NCBI GenBank assembly: GCA_963700285.1
Contig: CAVOXA010000007.1
Location: forward strand, 98,741 to 162,740
Length of the DNA stretch: 64,000 nt
Source: an uncultured Chloroflexia bacterium
GTDB lineage: Bacteria; Chloroflexota; Anaerolineae; JAAYZQ01
Direction of reading: 5' to 3'
Shown: one piece after another, positions 10,436 to 20,162 of the stretch
Position numbering within the stretch: the first letter of the stretch is position 1
How the letters are laid out: each line of letters begins with the position of its first letter
Made by a program: the position numbers and the translations under genes
The notes under the pieces: generated by a model
Told to the model about the DNA's origin: nothing
Seen by the model: only the letters and a program-made list of their open reading frames with translations
Database searches by the model: none

Positions 10436-12226
10436 GTGAGCCGTCGCGAGTTCCTCAAGGCCGCAGGTATTGGACTAGGGTCTTTGGCCGGAGCTACCCT
10501 GGCCTGCGGCCAGGTGGCGCGTGAGGCCACCCCGGTTGCCCAGACGCAGGCCACTGCAACCAGCGCTCCCACGCCTTCCCCACCGGTTTCCACACCAGTG
10601 CCGATTCCCATTGAAACTGCAGCCTTCCTGCCCGATCAAGAAGCCGATTTGGTGCTGCATGCGGGCAAGATCCTCACCGTAGACCCCCAGGACTCGATCC
10701 TCGGGGCTGTGGCCCTCCGGGACGGGCGGATCGTGGCCGTGGGTGGTGACGAGGAGGTCTTGGCCCTCGCTGGGCCGCTGACCCAGAAGATAGACCTGGC
10801 TGGCCGGGCGGTCACCCCGGGTCTGATCGACGCCCACAATCACCTGCAGGTGACGGGCCTGATGCACGGCTACTATACGCCTTTTCTGCCCCCAGAGGTC
10901 AGGTCGCTCGACGACCTACGGGCCAGGCTGGCCGAAATCGTAGCCCAGACACCTGAAGGCGAGTGGGTACAGGGTTACTTTATGGTGGTGAACGAAGGGC
11001 GGCTGCCCAGCCGCCAGGACCTGGATCCGGTTTCCCCCGACCACCCGGTCTGGATCATTCAGCAGGGCGGTCACTATGGCTCGGCCAACAGCCTTGCGCT
11101 CCAGATGGCGGATGTTACCGCGGCCACGCCCAACCCGGTGGGGGGCGTCATCGAGCGCGATACTGGCGGCGAGCCGACGGGGGTTTTCTACAATCACCGG
11201 GCTATGGACGTCCTGCGCCGGGTGATCCCCCGCTACACCCAGGAGATGGTGCGGGAGAATATCGTCTCATCGCAACCGCTCTTTGCCGCCGGTGGGGTCA
11301 CCAGCTTCCAGGACAACAACGTGCGTGGCACGGACACTGTTGCGACCTACCTGGAGGCTGGCCGGTGGGGTGACATGTCCCTACGTGGTGCAGTCTACTA
11401 TACGCTGGAATGGCCTCAGGATCTCGATCGCGCGCTGCACGAGATACCCTACGCCGGTGGGGACGATTTGATGCGCTTTGCCGGTTTCAAGTTCCTGCTT
11501 GACGGCCAGGCCAAGATGGCCTACTGCCACGAGCCCCACGCCGGCGTGCGCTGGGATACGCCGACCTGGGACCCTCAGAGTTTCAAACAAGCCGTCCGCA
11601 GTTTGCATGACACGGGCTTGCAGATCTGCGTTCATTGCGCCGGGGATGCCGCGGTGGATCTGACGCTTGATGCCTACGAAGAGGCCATGAATGCCAACCC
11701 CCGTCCCGATCCCCGCCATCGCATCGAGCACTGCATCTTGAGCACGCCGCAGGCGACGCAGCGGATGGCTGACCTGGGTGTGGTCGTCAGCACCCAGCCC
11801 CAGTTTCTGCGCCTGGGAGGGGATGCCTACACGCCTCTCTATGGGGAGGAGCGGTCACGAAGGGCGATCGTCACGCGCGAGTGGCTGGATGCCGGCGTTC
11901 CGGTGGCCCTTGGCTCTGACGCGCCGACCACGCCCTGGACCACGCCCCAGATTACGCTCTATGGCGCGGTGACCCGCGTTACGGCCTCCAACCAACGGCA
12001 TGAGCCTGACCAGGCGCTGACCATCCAGGAAGCGCTGCGAGCGCACACCATGGGCTCGGCCTATGCGGCCCACGAGGAAGGGGTCAAGGGCTCCATCGAG
12101 GTGGGAAAGCTGGCCGATCTGGCGGTGTGGAGCGAGGACCCGACAACCGCCCCGCTGCAGCGCCTGTGGCAGATACCCATAGACATGACGATTGTGGGCG
12201 GGCGGCTAATCTATGAGGGCACCTGA
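10436..12226 (+). CDS. Tat-exported (lipo)protein, amidohydrolase 3 family (YtcJ-like)
   Basis: SRREFLK twin-arginine motif, LAC lipobox, PGLIDAHNH, HCAGDAA, HRIEH, LGSDAP, GSIEVGKLAD. Confidence 0.9.
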   Translation: MSRREFLKAAGIGLGSLAGATLACGQVAREATPVAQTQATATSAPTPSPPVSTPVPIPIETAAFLPDQEADLVLHAGKILTVDPQDSILGAVALRDGRIVAVGGDEEVLALAGPLTQKIDLAGRAVTPGLIDAHNHLQVTGLMHGYYTPFLPPEVRSLDDLRARLAEIVAQTPEGEWVQGYFMVVNEGRLPSRQDLDPVSPDHPVWIIQQGGHYGSANSLALQMADVTAATPNPVGGVIERDTGGEPTGVFYNHRAMDVLRRVIPRYTQEMVRENIVSSQPLFAAGGVTSFQDNNVRGTDTVATYLEAGRWGDMSLRGAVYYTLEWPQDLDRALHEIPYAGGDDLMRFAGFKFLLDGQAKMAYCHEPHAGVRWDTPTWDPQSFKQAVRSLHDTGLQICVHCAGDAAVDLTLDAYEEAMNANPRPDPRHRIEHCILSTPQATQRMADLGVVVSTQPQFLRLGGDAYTPLYGEERSRRAIVTREWLDAGVPVALGSDAPTTPWTTPQITLYGAVTRVTASNQRHEPDQALTIQEALRAHTMGSAYAAHEEGVKGSIEVGKLADLAVWSEDPTTAPLQRLWQIPIDMTIVGGRLIYEGT

Positions 12227-12331
12227 CGCGAAAGAATCGAGCCACCGAACAAGGCTTCGAATGCGCTCAGCCGAATGTTTGGGATTCCCTCGCGCCAGTT
12301 GTCCCTGGCAAACCTGTGACGAGCGCGCCTT

Positions 12332-13453
12332 CTAGTCCTTGTAATAATCCTCGGGATAGGGGCCGACGAGCGACGCGTCATCGCGGACGGCCAGGCTGAA
12401 CAGGGCGTTGCCCGGGTAGTAGTAGATGCCGTGACTGCGACCCAGGACGACACCGTCGTGCTCGGAGCGCAGGAGGCCACCCTCCAGCGGCCGGCCCCAG
12501 ATATCGAGTAGCTCGGCCACCGGATCGCCGATGGCCAGCAGGTCGCCCCCTTCCACCAGGTGCAGGGCCACGCACGCCTCCTTGACCAGGGGCGCCCTGA
12601 AACGCCGCACCGGGAAACCGGGATCGACTACTTTGATGCCCTCGATCCTTTCCCCCTCGCCAGCCAGCATGCCGGCCCAGCGCAGCACGTTGCGCGTGCC
12701 AGCGCCCGCCGCGGAGACGATGGCCCAATCAGGCATGTGGCCGGTCCCCAGTTCCACGGTGAAAGCCGGGATCTTGGCCAGTAGCAGTGCGGCCGCCGAG
12801 GTGGACCGGTGGAGCTTCTGGTCGATATACTTGTCGACGGAAAACTCGTTGACCGTGGTGTGCCCGTAGGCGCGCAGCATGTCCTCCAGTTTCGCTGCCA
12901 GCCGCTTGGCCTCTGTCTCGTTGCGGTCAGCGTCCTGGTCGTCGCGATAGAGAACGCGGTCGCGGATGGCAAAGGAGATAGAGCCCGTGGACGAATTATG
13001 GTAGTCGATCAAATAGTCCGCGCTGGCGGCGATCACGACGAACAGGCGCGCGTAGGCTCGTTCGAGAGAGGAAGGGGAAGCCTTGTCGGGATCGAGGGGC
13101 TTCTCGGGCCTGCCGTCGGGCCACAGCCGGTTGGGGTCATCGTCGACGTGGTAGGGCCGGCGCTCCATGGTGCGCAGGCCTGCGGGATTGAGCGCTGGAA
13201 TGGCGACGATGGTGCCCCGCAGCTTGTCGACCAGTTCCTGGCTGATGAGCCGGTAGATCACGGCCGGGCCGGCTTGCTCCGGACCGTGGATGCCTGCCGT
13301 CAGCCAGATGCAGGGTCCTTCCTCCCGCCCCTGGGCGATGATGACGGGCAGAAACTCGACATGGCCGGTGGGGTGGCTGAGCGCGTCCCAACGTCCGTAC
13401 TGGATGGTGCCAGGTACAGCGGTGGCGGTTCCTACAGTGAGTGAAGTTGTCAT
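12332..13453 (-). CDS. succinylglutamate desuccinylase/aspartoacylase (AstE/AspA) family protein
   Basis: AGIHGPE, DPNRLWP, IDYH, FTVELG motifs. Confidence 0.88.
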   Translation of the reverse strand: MTTSLTVGTATAVPGTIQYGRWDALSHPTGHVEFLPVIIAQGREEGPCIWLTAGIHGPEQAGPAVIYRLISQELVDKLRGTIVAIPALNPAGLRTMERRPYHVDDDPNRLWPDGRPEKPLDPDKASPSSLERAYARLFVVIAASADYLIDYHNSSTGSISFAIRDRVLYRDDQDADRNETEAKRLAAKLEDMLRAYGHTTVNEFSVDKYIDQKLHRSTSAAALLLAKIPAFTVELGTGHMPDWAIVSAAGAGTRNVLRWAGMLAGEGERIEGIKVVDPGFPVRRFRAPLVKEACVALHLVEGGDLLAIGDPVAELLDIWGRPLEGGLLRSEHDGVVLGRSHGIYYYPGNALFSLAVRDDASLVGPYPEDYYKD

Positions 13454-13696
13454 AAGGGTTCTCCTTCATGAAGGTTCAGAGTCTCTGGGGACATGCTCCT
13501 GATTATACCACCGTAGGGATAAAAGCCAAAGCGGGACGAGACGGGGCTTTGCTCTTGCTCATTTGCTCAGCCAAAGCCGACCTGCGATAGGGTAGGAAGG
13601 GCGACTGTGTGTTATAATCTCGCCGGATACTGTGGTTCCCAATGCCTGGAGCCACCAGTCACAGCAGAAAACAACAGGGAGCGAGCCGAGAAGCCT

Positions 13697-14408
13697 ATGG
13701 ATGATCAGATCCGCGCCATTCTCTTTGACCTGGATGGCACACTCTTGGACAATGACATGCACGAATTCCTGCCGCACTATTTCCATAAGCTATCGGCGCG
13801 GGTTGCCCATCTGATCCCACCGGACGAATTCATGGACTGCCTCATGAGGGCCACGGATGCCATGCTGGCCAATGATGGCCAGGCGACGAACGAGGAGGTC
13901 TTTGCCAGGGTATTCTATTCCCTGGTGGGAGTGGCCCGGGAGGAGATGGAGTCCACCCTGCTGGAATTCTATGCGGTTGACTTTCCGCTTCTGAAAAAGT
14001 ACACACGGCGCAAGCCGGAAGCCCCAGGGGTGGTGCAACAGGCATTTGACCTTGGCTGCGACGTCGTTGTGGCCACCAACCCACTCTTTCCCGCGACGGC
14101 CGTTGAGCAGAGGATGGAGTGGGCCGGCGTGGCAGGTTTTCCCTACCAGTTGGTGACGAGCTATGAGAACTGCCGGGCCGCCAAGCCCAGTCTCCTCTAC
14201 TTTGCAGCAGATCTTGGAGGCTTTGGACTGTCCTGCCGGTTCGGCCCTGGTCGTTGGCGACGAGGACATGGACATGGTGGCGGCGCACCTTGGCTGCCGG
14301 ACCTTTCTGGTACCAGGATCCCGCACCGAGCTGGCTCCTACCACGCCGGAACCCGACTACCGTGGCTCGCTGGTTGATGTAGGCGCCCTGCTTGAGCGTT
14401 GGCGCTAG
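13697..14408 (+). CDS. HAD-family hydrolase, frameshift at ~14205
   Basis: ILFDLDGTLLD motif I, ATNPLFP, KP motif. VVGDEDMD motif lies in the next frame. Confidence 0.85.
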
Positions 14409-14468
14409 CGCAGTCATGCTTCCTGAACGAGAGGTACCGGGCTTGTGACGCAGATGGAGAGATTGAGC

Positions 14469-15509
14469 ATGATTTTCGATCCGACGGAACATCCACACCG
14501 CCGCCAGAACCCGCTCACGGGCGATTGGGTCCTGGTGTCACCCCAACGCACCCAGCGCCCCTGGTTGGGGCAGGTGGAGAAACCGCCGCCTGATGAGCGG
14601 CCGGCCTACGATCCAGGCTGCTACCTGTGCCCAGGCAATGAACGGGCGGGGGGAGCGCATAACCCCCAGTATGAGACTACCTACGTTTTCACCAACGATT
14701 TTGCGGCCTTGCTGCCTGACACGCCCTTGGCTCAGGATGCTCAGTCGCTGCTTCGTCAGGAGAGCGAGCAGGGCACCTGCCGCGTGGTCTGTTTCTCGCC
14801 GCGCCACGACCTGACGCTGCCAGAGATGGCGGAGGAGGACATTCGCCGGGTGGTGAATGTGTGGGCCGATCAGGTCTCCGAGCTTGGGCTGTCGTACCGT
14901 TGGGTACAAGTATTCGAGAACAAGGGGGCGATGATGGGCGCGTCCAACCCCCACCCCCACGGCCAGGTTTGGGCGGGAAGCGTTCTGCCCAACGAGCCGG
15001 CCAAAGAGGATGAACACCAGCGCCGCTACCTAGAGGAGCATGGCAACCCGCTTTTGCTGGATTATCTTGCGCTGGAGAACGAGTCTGGGGAGCGCGCGGT
15101 CGTAGAGAATGCACACTGGCTGGCTGTCGTCCCCTTTTGGGCCGTCTGGCCCTTTGAGACCCTGCTTGTGCCGCGCCGGCACGTGCTGCGGCTGCCGGAC
15201 CTGAGCGGTGAGGAGCGGGACGCACTGGCAGCCATCCTCAGGTGCTTGCTCATCAGGTATGACAACCTGTTCGAGATCTCGTTTCCCTACTCGATGGGCT
15301 GGCACGGGGCGCCCTTTGACGGTGGCAGCGGGGACCACTGGCAGCTTCACGCGCATTTCTACCCGCCCCTGCTGCGTTCCGCCACTGTGCGCAAGTTCCT
15401 CGTGGGCTATGAGATGCTGGCCGAGGCTCAGCGCGACCTGACGGCGGAACAGGCAGCAGAGCAACTGCGGGCTCTGTCAGAGCGACACTACAGAGTCCTC
15501 GCGGAGTAA
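14469..15509 (+). CDS. galT: galactose-1-phosphate uridylyltransferase
   Basis: [55 protein letters not shown]. Confidence 0.97.
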   Translation: MIFDPTEHPHRRQNPLTGDWVLVSPQRTQRPWLGQVEKPPPDERPAYDPGCYLCPGNERAGGAHNPQYETTYVFTNDFAALLPDTPLAQDAQSLLRQESEQGTCRVVCFSPRHDLTLPEMAEEDIRRVVNVWADQVSELGLSYRWVQVFENKGAMMGASNPHPHGQVWAGSVLPNEPAKEDEHQRRYLEEHGNPLLLDYLALENESGERAVVENAHWLAVVPFWAVWPFETLLVPRRHVLRLPDLSGEERDALAAILRCLLIRYDNLFEISFPYSMGWHGAPFDGGSGDHWQLHAHFYPPLLRSATVRKFLVGYEMLAEAQRDLTAEQAAEQLRALSERHYRVLAE

Positions 15510-15513
15510 CGAT

Positions 15514-15610
15514 CCTGTCATGCCCGCATGGTTCCAGCGGGCATCCTCTCTGCGGAGGTGACGGTTGCTGTTGGCGTGGATTCCCGCCAAAAGTACGCGG
15601 GAATGACAGG
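15514..15610. repeat. palindromic intergenic repeat (GTCATGCCCGC...GCGGGAATGAC type), copy 1
   Basis: Terminal CCTGTCAT/ATGACAGG and two internal hairpins. Second copy at 31547. Confidence 0.85.
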
Positions 15611-15638
15611 TTAGCGCGGTGACGTCCCCCGTTGATTC

Positions 15639-16055
15639 TCAGCAGCAGTCCTGATGGCAGTCGCAATCCCCCTGACAGACGGCTGCGACGGCCTCAATCT
15701 CAACGCGGCCGCCGAGGGGCAGCGCGGCTGCCTGCACGGCAGAGCGCGCCGGCGGTTTGCCGGCAAAGAACTCGGCATAGACGCCGTTCATCTGGGCGAA
15801 CTCGCCCATGTCCTGCAAAAAGACCGTCGTTTTGATGACGTGCTCCAGGCAGGAGCCGCCCGCTTCGAGAACCGCCTTGAGGTTCTGCAGCGCCTGCCGA
15901 GTCTGGCTCTCAATATCCGGGCCGGCAAAGTCCTTGCTGCCGGGTACGAGGCCCAACTGCCCGGCGGTGTACACAAGGTCGCCTACCCGCACGGCCTGGG
16001 AATAGGGGCCAACGGCCCCGGGTGCTTTGTCCGTAGCGATAATCTGTTTCTCCAT
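15639..16055 (-). CDS. ridA: RidA/YjgF family enamine-imine deaminase with Cys-rich tail
   Basis: APGAVGPYSQA, KTTVFL, PPARSAVQAAALPLGGRVEIE. Confidence 0.9.
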   Translation of the reverse strand: MEKQIIATDKAPGAVGPYSQAVRVGDLVYTAGQLGLVPGSKDFAGPDIESQTRQALQNLKAVLEAGGSCLEHVIKTTVFLQDMGEFAQMNGVYAEFFAGKPPARSAVQAAALPLGGRVEIEAVAAVCQGDCDCHQDCC

Positions 16056-16158
16056 GGTGTACCTCTCCTATTGTGCTGTGTTGGGTTTCACATGCGCCGG
16101 ACTGTGCTCCAGCGCCAGCTCTTTTGAGTCAGTCCTGGTTCAGAATCTCCAATTCACA

Positions 16159-17223
16159 TTAGAAATCAACGGTACAGCCCAGCCCAGGCACATCTCGAGC
16201 GATGAGCCAACCGTCCTCGAATAGGAAGCCCGCCCGGGTGGGGTCGTTTACCAGATCAAAGTGGCCGTCCAGGTCGCCATAACGGACGTTGGGGCTGCTC
16301 AGGGCCAGTCCCAAACCGGCGGCGATGAGCAGCGCAGGCTCGTGGATGCAACCCACCATGGTGGCCATCTGGGCCGCGCGGGCGATGCTGTCTACCTGAC
16401 GGGCACAATGCAAGCCCCCACAGGTGGCAAGCTTGATGCTCACGCCAGTCGCAGCCCGCTGGCTGGCCAGCGCCAGCGCTGAACGCGGTCCTCGCAGGCT
16501 TTCGTCAGCGAGAATGGGAACCGGGCTGTGCTGGGTCACTTCCTTCAGAGCGCCAAGATCAGCAGCGGGCGTGGGCTGCTCCAGCATTTCCAACTTGCCC
16601 TCAAGGGCCCGGGCCACATTCAGCGCCTGCTGGACCGTGTAGCCCTGCTCCGCATCCAGGCGCAGGGCCAGACCGGGCAGTGCGGCGTGAACGGCCTGCA
16701 CCCGGCGGACATCTTCTTCTGGCTCGAGGCCGCCTTTCAGTTTCAGAATGCGGAAGCCCTGCCGAGAGCGGTCAAGGGCCAGTTCCACCGTCTCTTTTTC
16801 CGGCGCCATGCTGAGGGTGATGGAGGTCTGGATGCGATGGCGGTAGCCGCCCAGGAGCCGGTGGAGGGGCAAGCCGGCCGCCAGGCCAAGGAGATCGTAG
16901 AAGGCGATGTCAAAGGCGCAGCGAGCTGAGGGCGTGCCCTCGGTCAGAGGAATCAATTCGGCCAGGGCGTATTCCGTATTCAGGGGATTCAGGTCCAGAG
17001 AGCGGTCGGCACAGGCCTGACAGACCTGGATGACCTGCTCCAGGGTTTCGCCCGTCAGGGTGGCGTCAAAGGCTGCACAGCCCCAGGCCACCCGTCCTTC
17101 CCGTGTCTCGATGCGCACAAAGATGCAGTCGATGCTGGTGATCTCTGTCTGGTGGGTGGCCGTCCGGTAGGGCAATCTCAATTGCAATTCAACGGGCACG
17201 ACCTCAACCTTCGAAATCTGCAT
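16159..17223 (-). CDS. dipeptide epimerase (L-Ala-D/L-Glu epimerase-like, enolase superfamily)
   Basis: LKLKGG, RLDAEQG, LEQP, ADES, IKL, DLDG motifs. Confidence 0.88.
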   Translation of the reverse strand: MQISKVEVVPVELQLRLPYRTATHQTEITSIDCIFVRIETREGRVAWGCAAFDATLTGETLEQVIQVCQACADRSLDLNPLNTEYALAELIPLTEGTPSARCAFDIAFYDLLGLAAGLPLHRLLGGYRHRIQTSITLSMAPEKETVELALDRSRQGFRILKLKGGLEPEEDVRRVQAVHAALPGLALRLDAEQGYTVQQALNVARALEGKLEMLEQPTPAADLGALKEVTQHSPVPILADESLRGPRSALALASQRAATGVSIKLATCGGLHCARQVDSIARAAQMATMVGCIHEPALLIAAGLGLALSSPNVRYGDLDGHFDLVNDPTRAGFLFEDGWLIARDVPGLGCTVDF

Positions 17224-17360
17224 GAGAACCCCGCCTCCTTCCTCGATAACCCATTATACCCGCAATAGCCGCTGAAGGCAAAGCTCCTGTGGGACTGTTG
17301 CGGGGCAGTGGAGAAACAGGGCTGGTGCAGAGTACCTTGACATACACTATCGGCCAGATC

Positions 17361-17489
17361 TGTCCTTGCGAGGCGCGCCGTTTGCGCCGTGGCAATCCCC
17401 AGGGCAAAGGTGGAGATCGCGTTCCCTCGGCAGGCCCTTCGCGGACTCAGGACATGCTCGGGACAGGCGCTGACGCTCGCGATGACGAC
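17361..17489 (+). repeat. composite palindromic repeat (GTCATTGCGAG...CTCGCAATGAC type with nested insert)
   Basis: Near-identical inverted copy at 50682-50810. Confidence 0.85.
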
Positions 17490-17522
17490 TTTGCTATGGC
17501 CCTAGTGAAGAAAATCGGGGTA

Positions 17523-17551
17523 TTGACTTGTGCCCCTGCTTCTGGTATAAT
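17523..17551 (+). promoter_or_regulatory. consensus-like sigma70 promoter upstream of the MBL-caspase cassette
   Basis: TTGACT-17 bp-TATAAT with TG extension. Confidence 0.75.
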
Positions 17552-17812
17552 GTAGCCGGTCGAGACCTAACCCCCACTGACAGGTGTGGCTCAAGCACCG
17601 GCGCACGGGCCGCGCTCTGTTCTCGCGACTGCTGACCTTGGCTGGTTCCAGGCCTTGGGAGCGGTGCTGCTCGCAGTCGACATGGACCACCAACCGACAT
17701 GAGACCCGTTCGATCGATAGGGTACGGGCTTGGCGCTATCCCAGTGGCAGTGTCGCGACACGCGCCGCCGCCGGCCCCTGCGGCGCGTTGAACGTGGAGA
17801 GGAATCGAAATC

Positions 17813-18931
17813 ATGTTGAAGCTACGCATCGTTCAGGCTGAGCAAGGCGACTGCCTGGTTCTGGAATATGGTACAGATTCGAGTCCCAGGTACATCCTGA
17901 TCGACGGTGGACCAAACCAGATCTATGCTGATCACCTCCGGTTCGTGCTTGGCGAGATACGCGAGGCCGGTCACAAGCTAGATCTGGTCATCCTGAGCCA
18001 CGTGGATGATGACCACGTGAATGGCCTGCTGGATCTGACGGCTGAGCTACAGGAGCAGCGCATGGAAGGCGACAAGGAGACCATTGCCATTGACGAGATG
18101 TGGCACAACACCTTCAGCCAAACGGCGGGCGCTGACGTTGAGCAACGCTTCCGGTCTCTCACCGAGCGGGCAGGCGCCTCTCGCGATATCATGAGCCGCA
18201 CTGCCGTGGCCGGCCGCAGCATCCGCCAGGGGGATGAGCTTACCAGGGAGGCCAGCGCCCTGGAGATCCAGGTCAACCCCCGCTTTGCCCCAAAATACCT
18301 TGTTTCGGTCGACGATGTCCCCGACGCTGTTGTGCTCGGAAATCTGAGCCTGCAGGTAGTCGGCCCTACCTCAGACAATCTGGACCGGCTGAGAACAGAG
18401 TGGCAGGAGTGGCTGGAAAAGTACGACAAGCCTGTCCTGTCGCGGGACCCAGCCGAGGCCGAGCGAGCCGCCCTGGCCGCTGACAGCAGCATCCCGAACC
18501 TGAGCAGTATCATGCTGCTGGCCGAAGCCGACGGCAAGAGGCTGCTGCTCACCGGCGATGGGCGTGGAGATCATTTGCTCGAGGGCTTGGAGAAAGCCGG
18601 CTTACTCGAGCCTGGGGGGAGCTTTCATGTGGATGTCCTCAAGGTCCCCCACCACGGGAGCAAACGCAACGTCACGCCCGCGTTCTTCCAGACTGTGACG
18701 GCCGACCAGTACGTGGTCTCGGCCAACGGCAAGCACGACAATCCGGACCTCGATACGCTCCACTGGATCGTGGAAGCGGCCCGAGCACAGGGACGATGTA
18801 TCGAGATCTTGGCCACCAATGCCACGGATGCCACGCGACGTCTTGTCGTCGAACGCGATCCTGGCGAGTATGGATACCGATTGTTCGAGATGGCGCCGGG
18901 TGAACACTCGATGGTTCTGGAGCTTGCCTGA
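17813..18931 (+). CDS. MBL-fold metallo-hydrolase (ComEC/Rec2-like, Avs1a-like)
   Basis: QGDC, LIDGG, SHVDDDHVNG, EMWHN, SIRQG, NLSSI, LTGDG, LKVPHHGS. Confidence 0.88.
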   Translation: MLKLRIVQAEQGDCLVLEYGTDSSPRYILIDGGPNQIYADHLRFVLGEIREAGHKLDLVILSHVDDDHVNGLLDLTAELQEQRMEGDKETIAIDEMWHNTFSQTAGADVEQRFRSLTERAGASRDIMSRTAVAGRSIRQGDELTREASALEIQVNPRFAPKYLVSVDDVPDAVVLGNLSLQVVGPTSDNLDRLRTEWQEWLEKYDKPVLSRDPAEAERAALAADSSIPNLSSIMLLAEADGKRLLLTGDGRGDHLLEGLEKAGLLEPGGSFHVDVLKVPHHGSKRNVTPAFFQTVTADQYVVSANGKHDNPDLDTLHWIVEAARAQGRCIEILATNATDATRRLVVERDPGEYGYRLFEMAPGEHSMVLELA

Positions 18932-19139
18932 AGGACTGGGGCCAGAGCTGCGCGGGCCACGCGTGACGCCCAGCAGAGGAGAATCAAATGGCGTTGCCTT
19001 TCCGGGCCCGACCTGGTTGTTATCCACGGAAGGAGGTGGTGTAGATCTGGTGTCAGCAGAGCTGTCCGTGAGCGTCCCGTCTGGGACGCTGCCAGAAGAC
19101 ACAGCGTTAGGAGCAACTACAGAATAAGGAGAGCACATC

Positions 19140-20063
19140 ATGTCCAAGAAGGCGTTAATTGTTGGGATCAACGACTTTGCGACCGTTAGTGGCCTGCGCG
19201 GATGCATCAACGACACCTACGAGATGCAGGGGGTTCTCAGAGACTATGCTGGGTTCCAGGATGACGATATCAGACTGCTGCACGACAAGGATGCGTCTTC
19301 CCAAGGCATACGCGACGGACTTGCCTGGCTTCTGAGTGACTATGCCGGCGGCGGACAGGACGTCCGGGTCTTTCACTTTTCCAGCCATGGCACCCAGGTG
19401 GCTGACCAGGGCGACGACGAATGGGAGTGCCAGGATGAGGTCATTGTGACCTATGACCACGACTGGGGTGATCCTTTTCGGGACGATGACCTGAGAGAGA
19501 TCTTTGAGGACGTCCCGGAGGACGTGGCCTTTACCTTCCTCGCGGACTGCTGTCACAGCGGTACGATCCAGAAGGGCATCATTGACGCTCAGGTGGACTT
19601 TTTGCCGCGCTATGTAACGCCGCCCGAAGAGGTCCTGATAGAGATCGAAAGCAAGGTAGCCACGCGGGACGCCGAGGCTGATGCCTGGGCCGCTGCCCAG
19701 TTGGCGCAGATGCTCAAGGATATCCCGCCCGAACAATGGGCTGAAAAGATGCAAGAGTACCTGGCGCTGCTGAGGCGAAGGTTCCGGGAGAACCGCTATG
19801 CCATCGTGCCGGCGGGCAGGGACGTCCTGCTGGCCGCTTGTGAGGACCGCCAGACCGCGGCGGATGCATATATCGATGGTGAGTACCGCGGCGCCTTTAC
19901 CTGGGGGCTGGCCAAGGCCATCAAAGAGGCCAACGGCATTCTCACCTATGATGAACTCATCACCCAAACAGGGGCAAACCTGAACAAGTATGAGCAGAGG
20001 CCGCAGCTCGAGTGCCCGCCGGAGCTCTATGGGCACCAGGTTTTTGCGCCACTGGGCTCATAG
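19140..20063 (+). CDS. caspase-family (peptidase C14, metacaspase/orthocaspase) protein
   Basis: KKALIVGIN, LRGCIND, FSSHG (His), DCCHSG (Cys), AAC...QTAAD, GAFT, QRPQL. Confidence 0.93.
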   Translation: MSKKALIVGINDFATVSGLRGCINDTYEMQGVLRDYAGFQDDDIRLLHDKDASSQGIRDGLAWLLSDYAGGGQDVRVFHFSSHGTQVADQGDDEWECQDEVIVTYDHDWGDPFRDDDLREIFEDVPEDVAFTFLADCCHSGTIQKGIIDAQVDFLPRYVTPPEEVLIEIESKVATRDAEADAWAAAQLAQMLKDIPPEQWAEKMQEYLALLRRRFRENRYAIVPAGRDVLLAACEDRQTAADAYIDGEYRGAFTWGLAKAIKEANGILTYDELITQTGANLNKYEQRPQLECPPELYGHQVFAPLGS

Positions 20064-20162
20064 TACGAGCGTTGTTTTCTTCACCGACCGCCGGGAGGTT
20101 CGCGTAGGGCAGGACCTCTCGGTGGACGGTGGGTGCCAGGCCGCCCAGCAAAGGAGATCTCG

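Noticed and set aside
12332-17223. Murein-peptide recycling cluster (AstE-like plus dipeptide epimerase)
   Set aside because: The genes are separated by unrelated, oppositely oriented genes, and nothing in the sequence links them.
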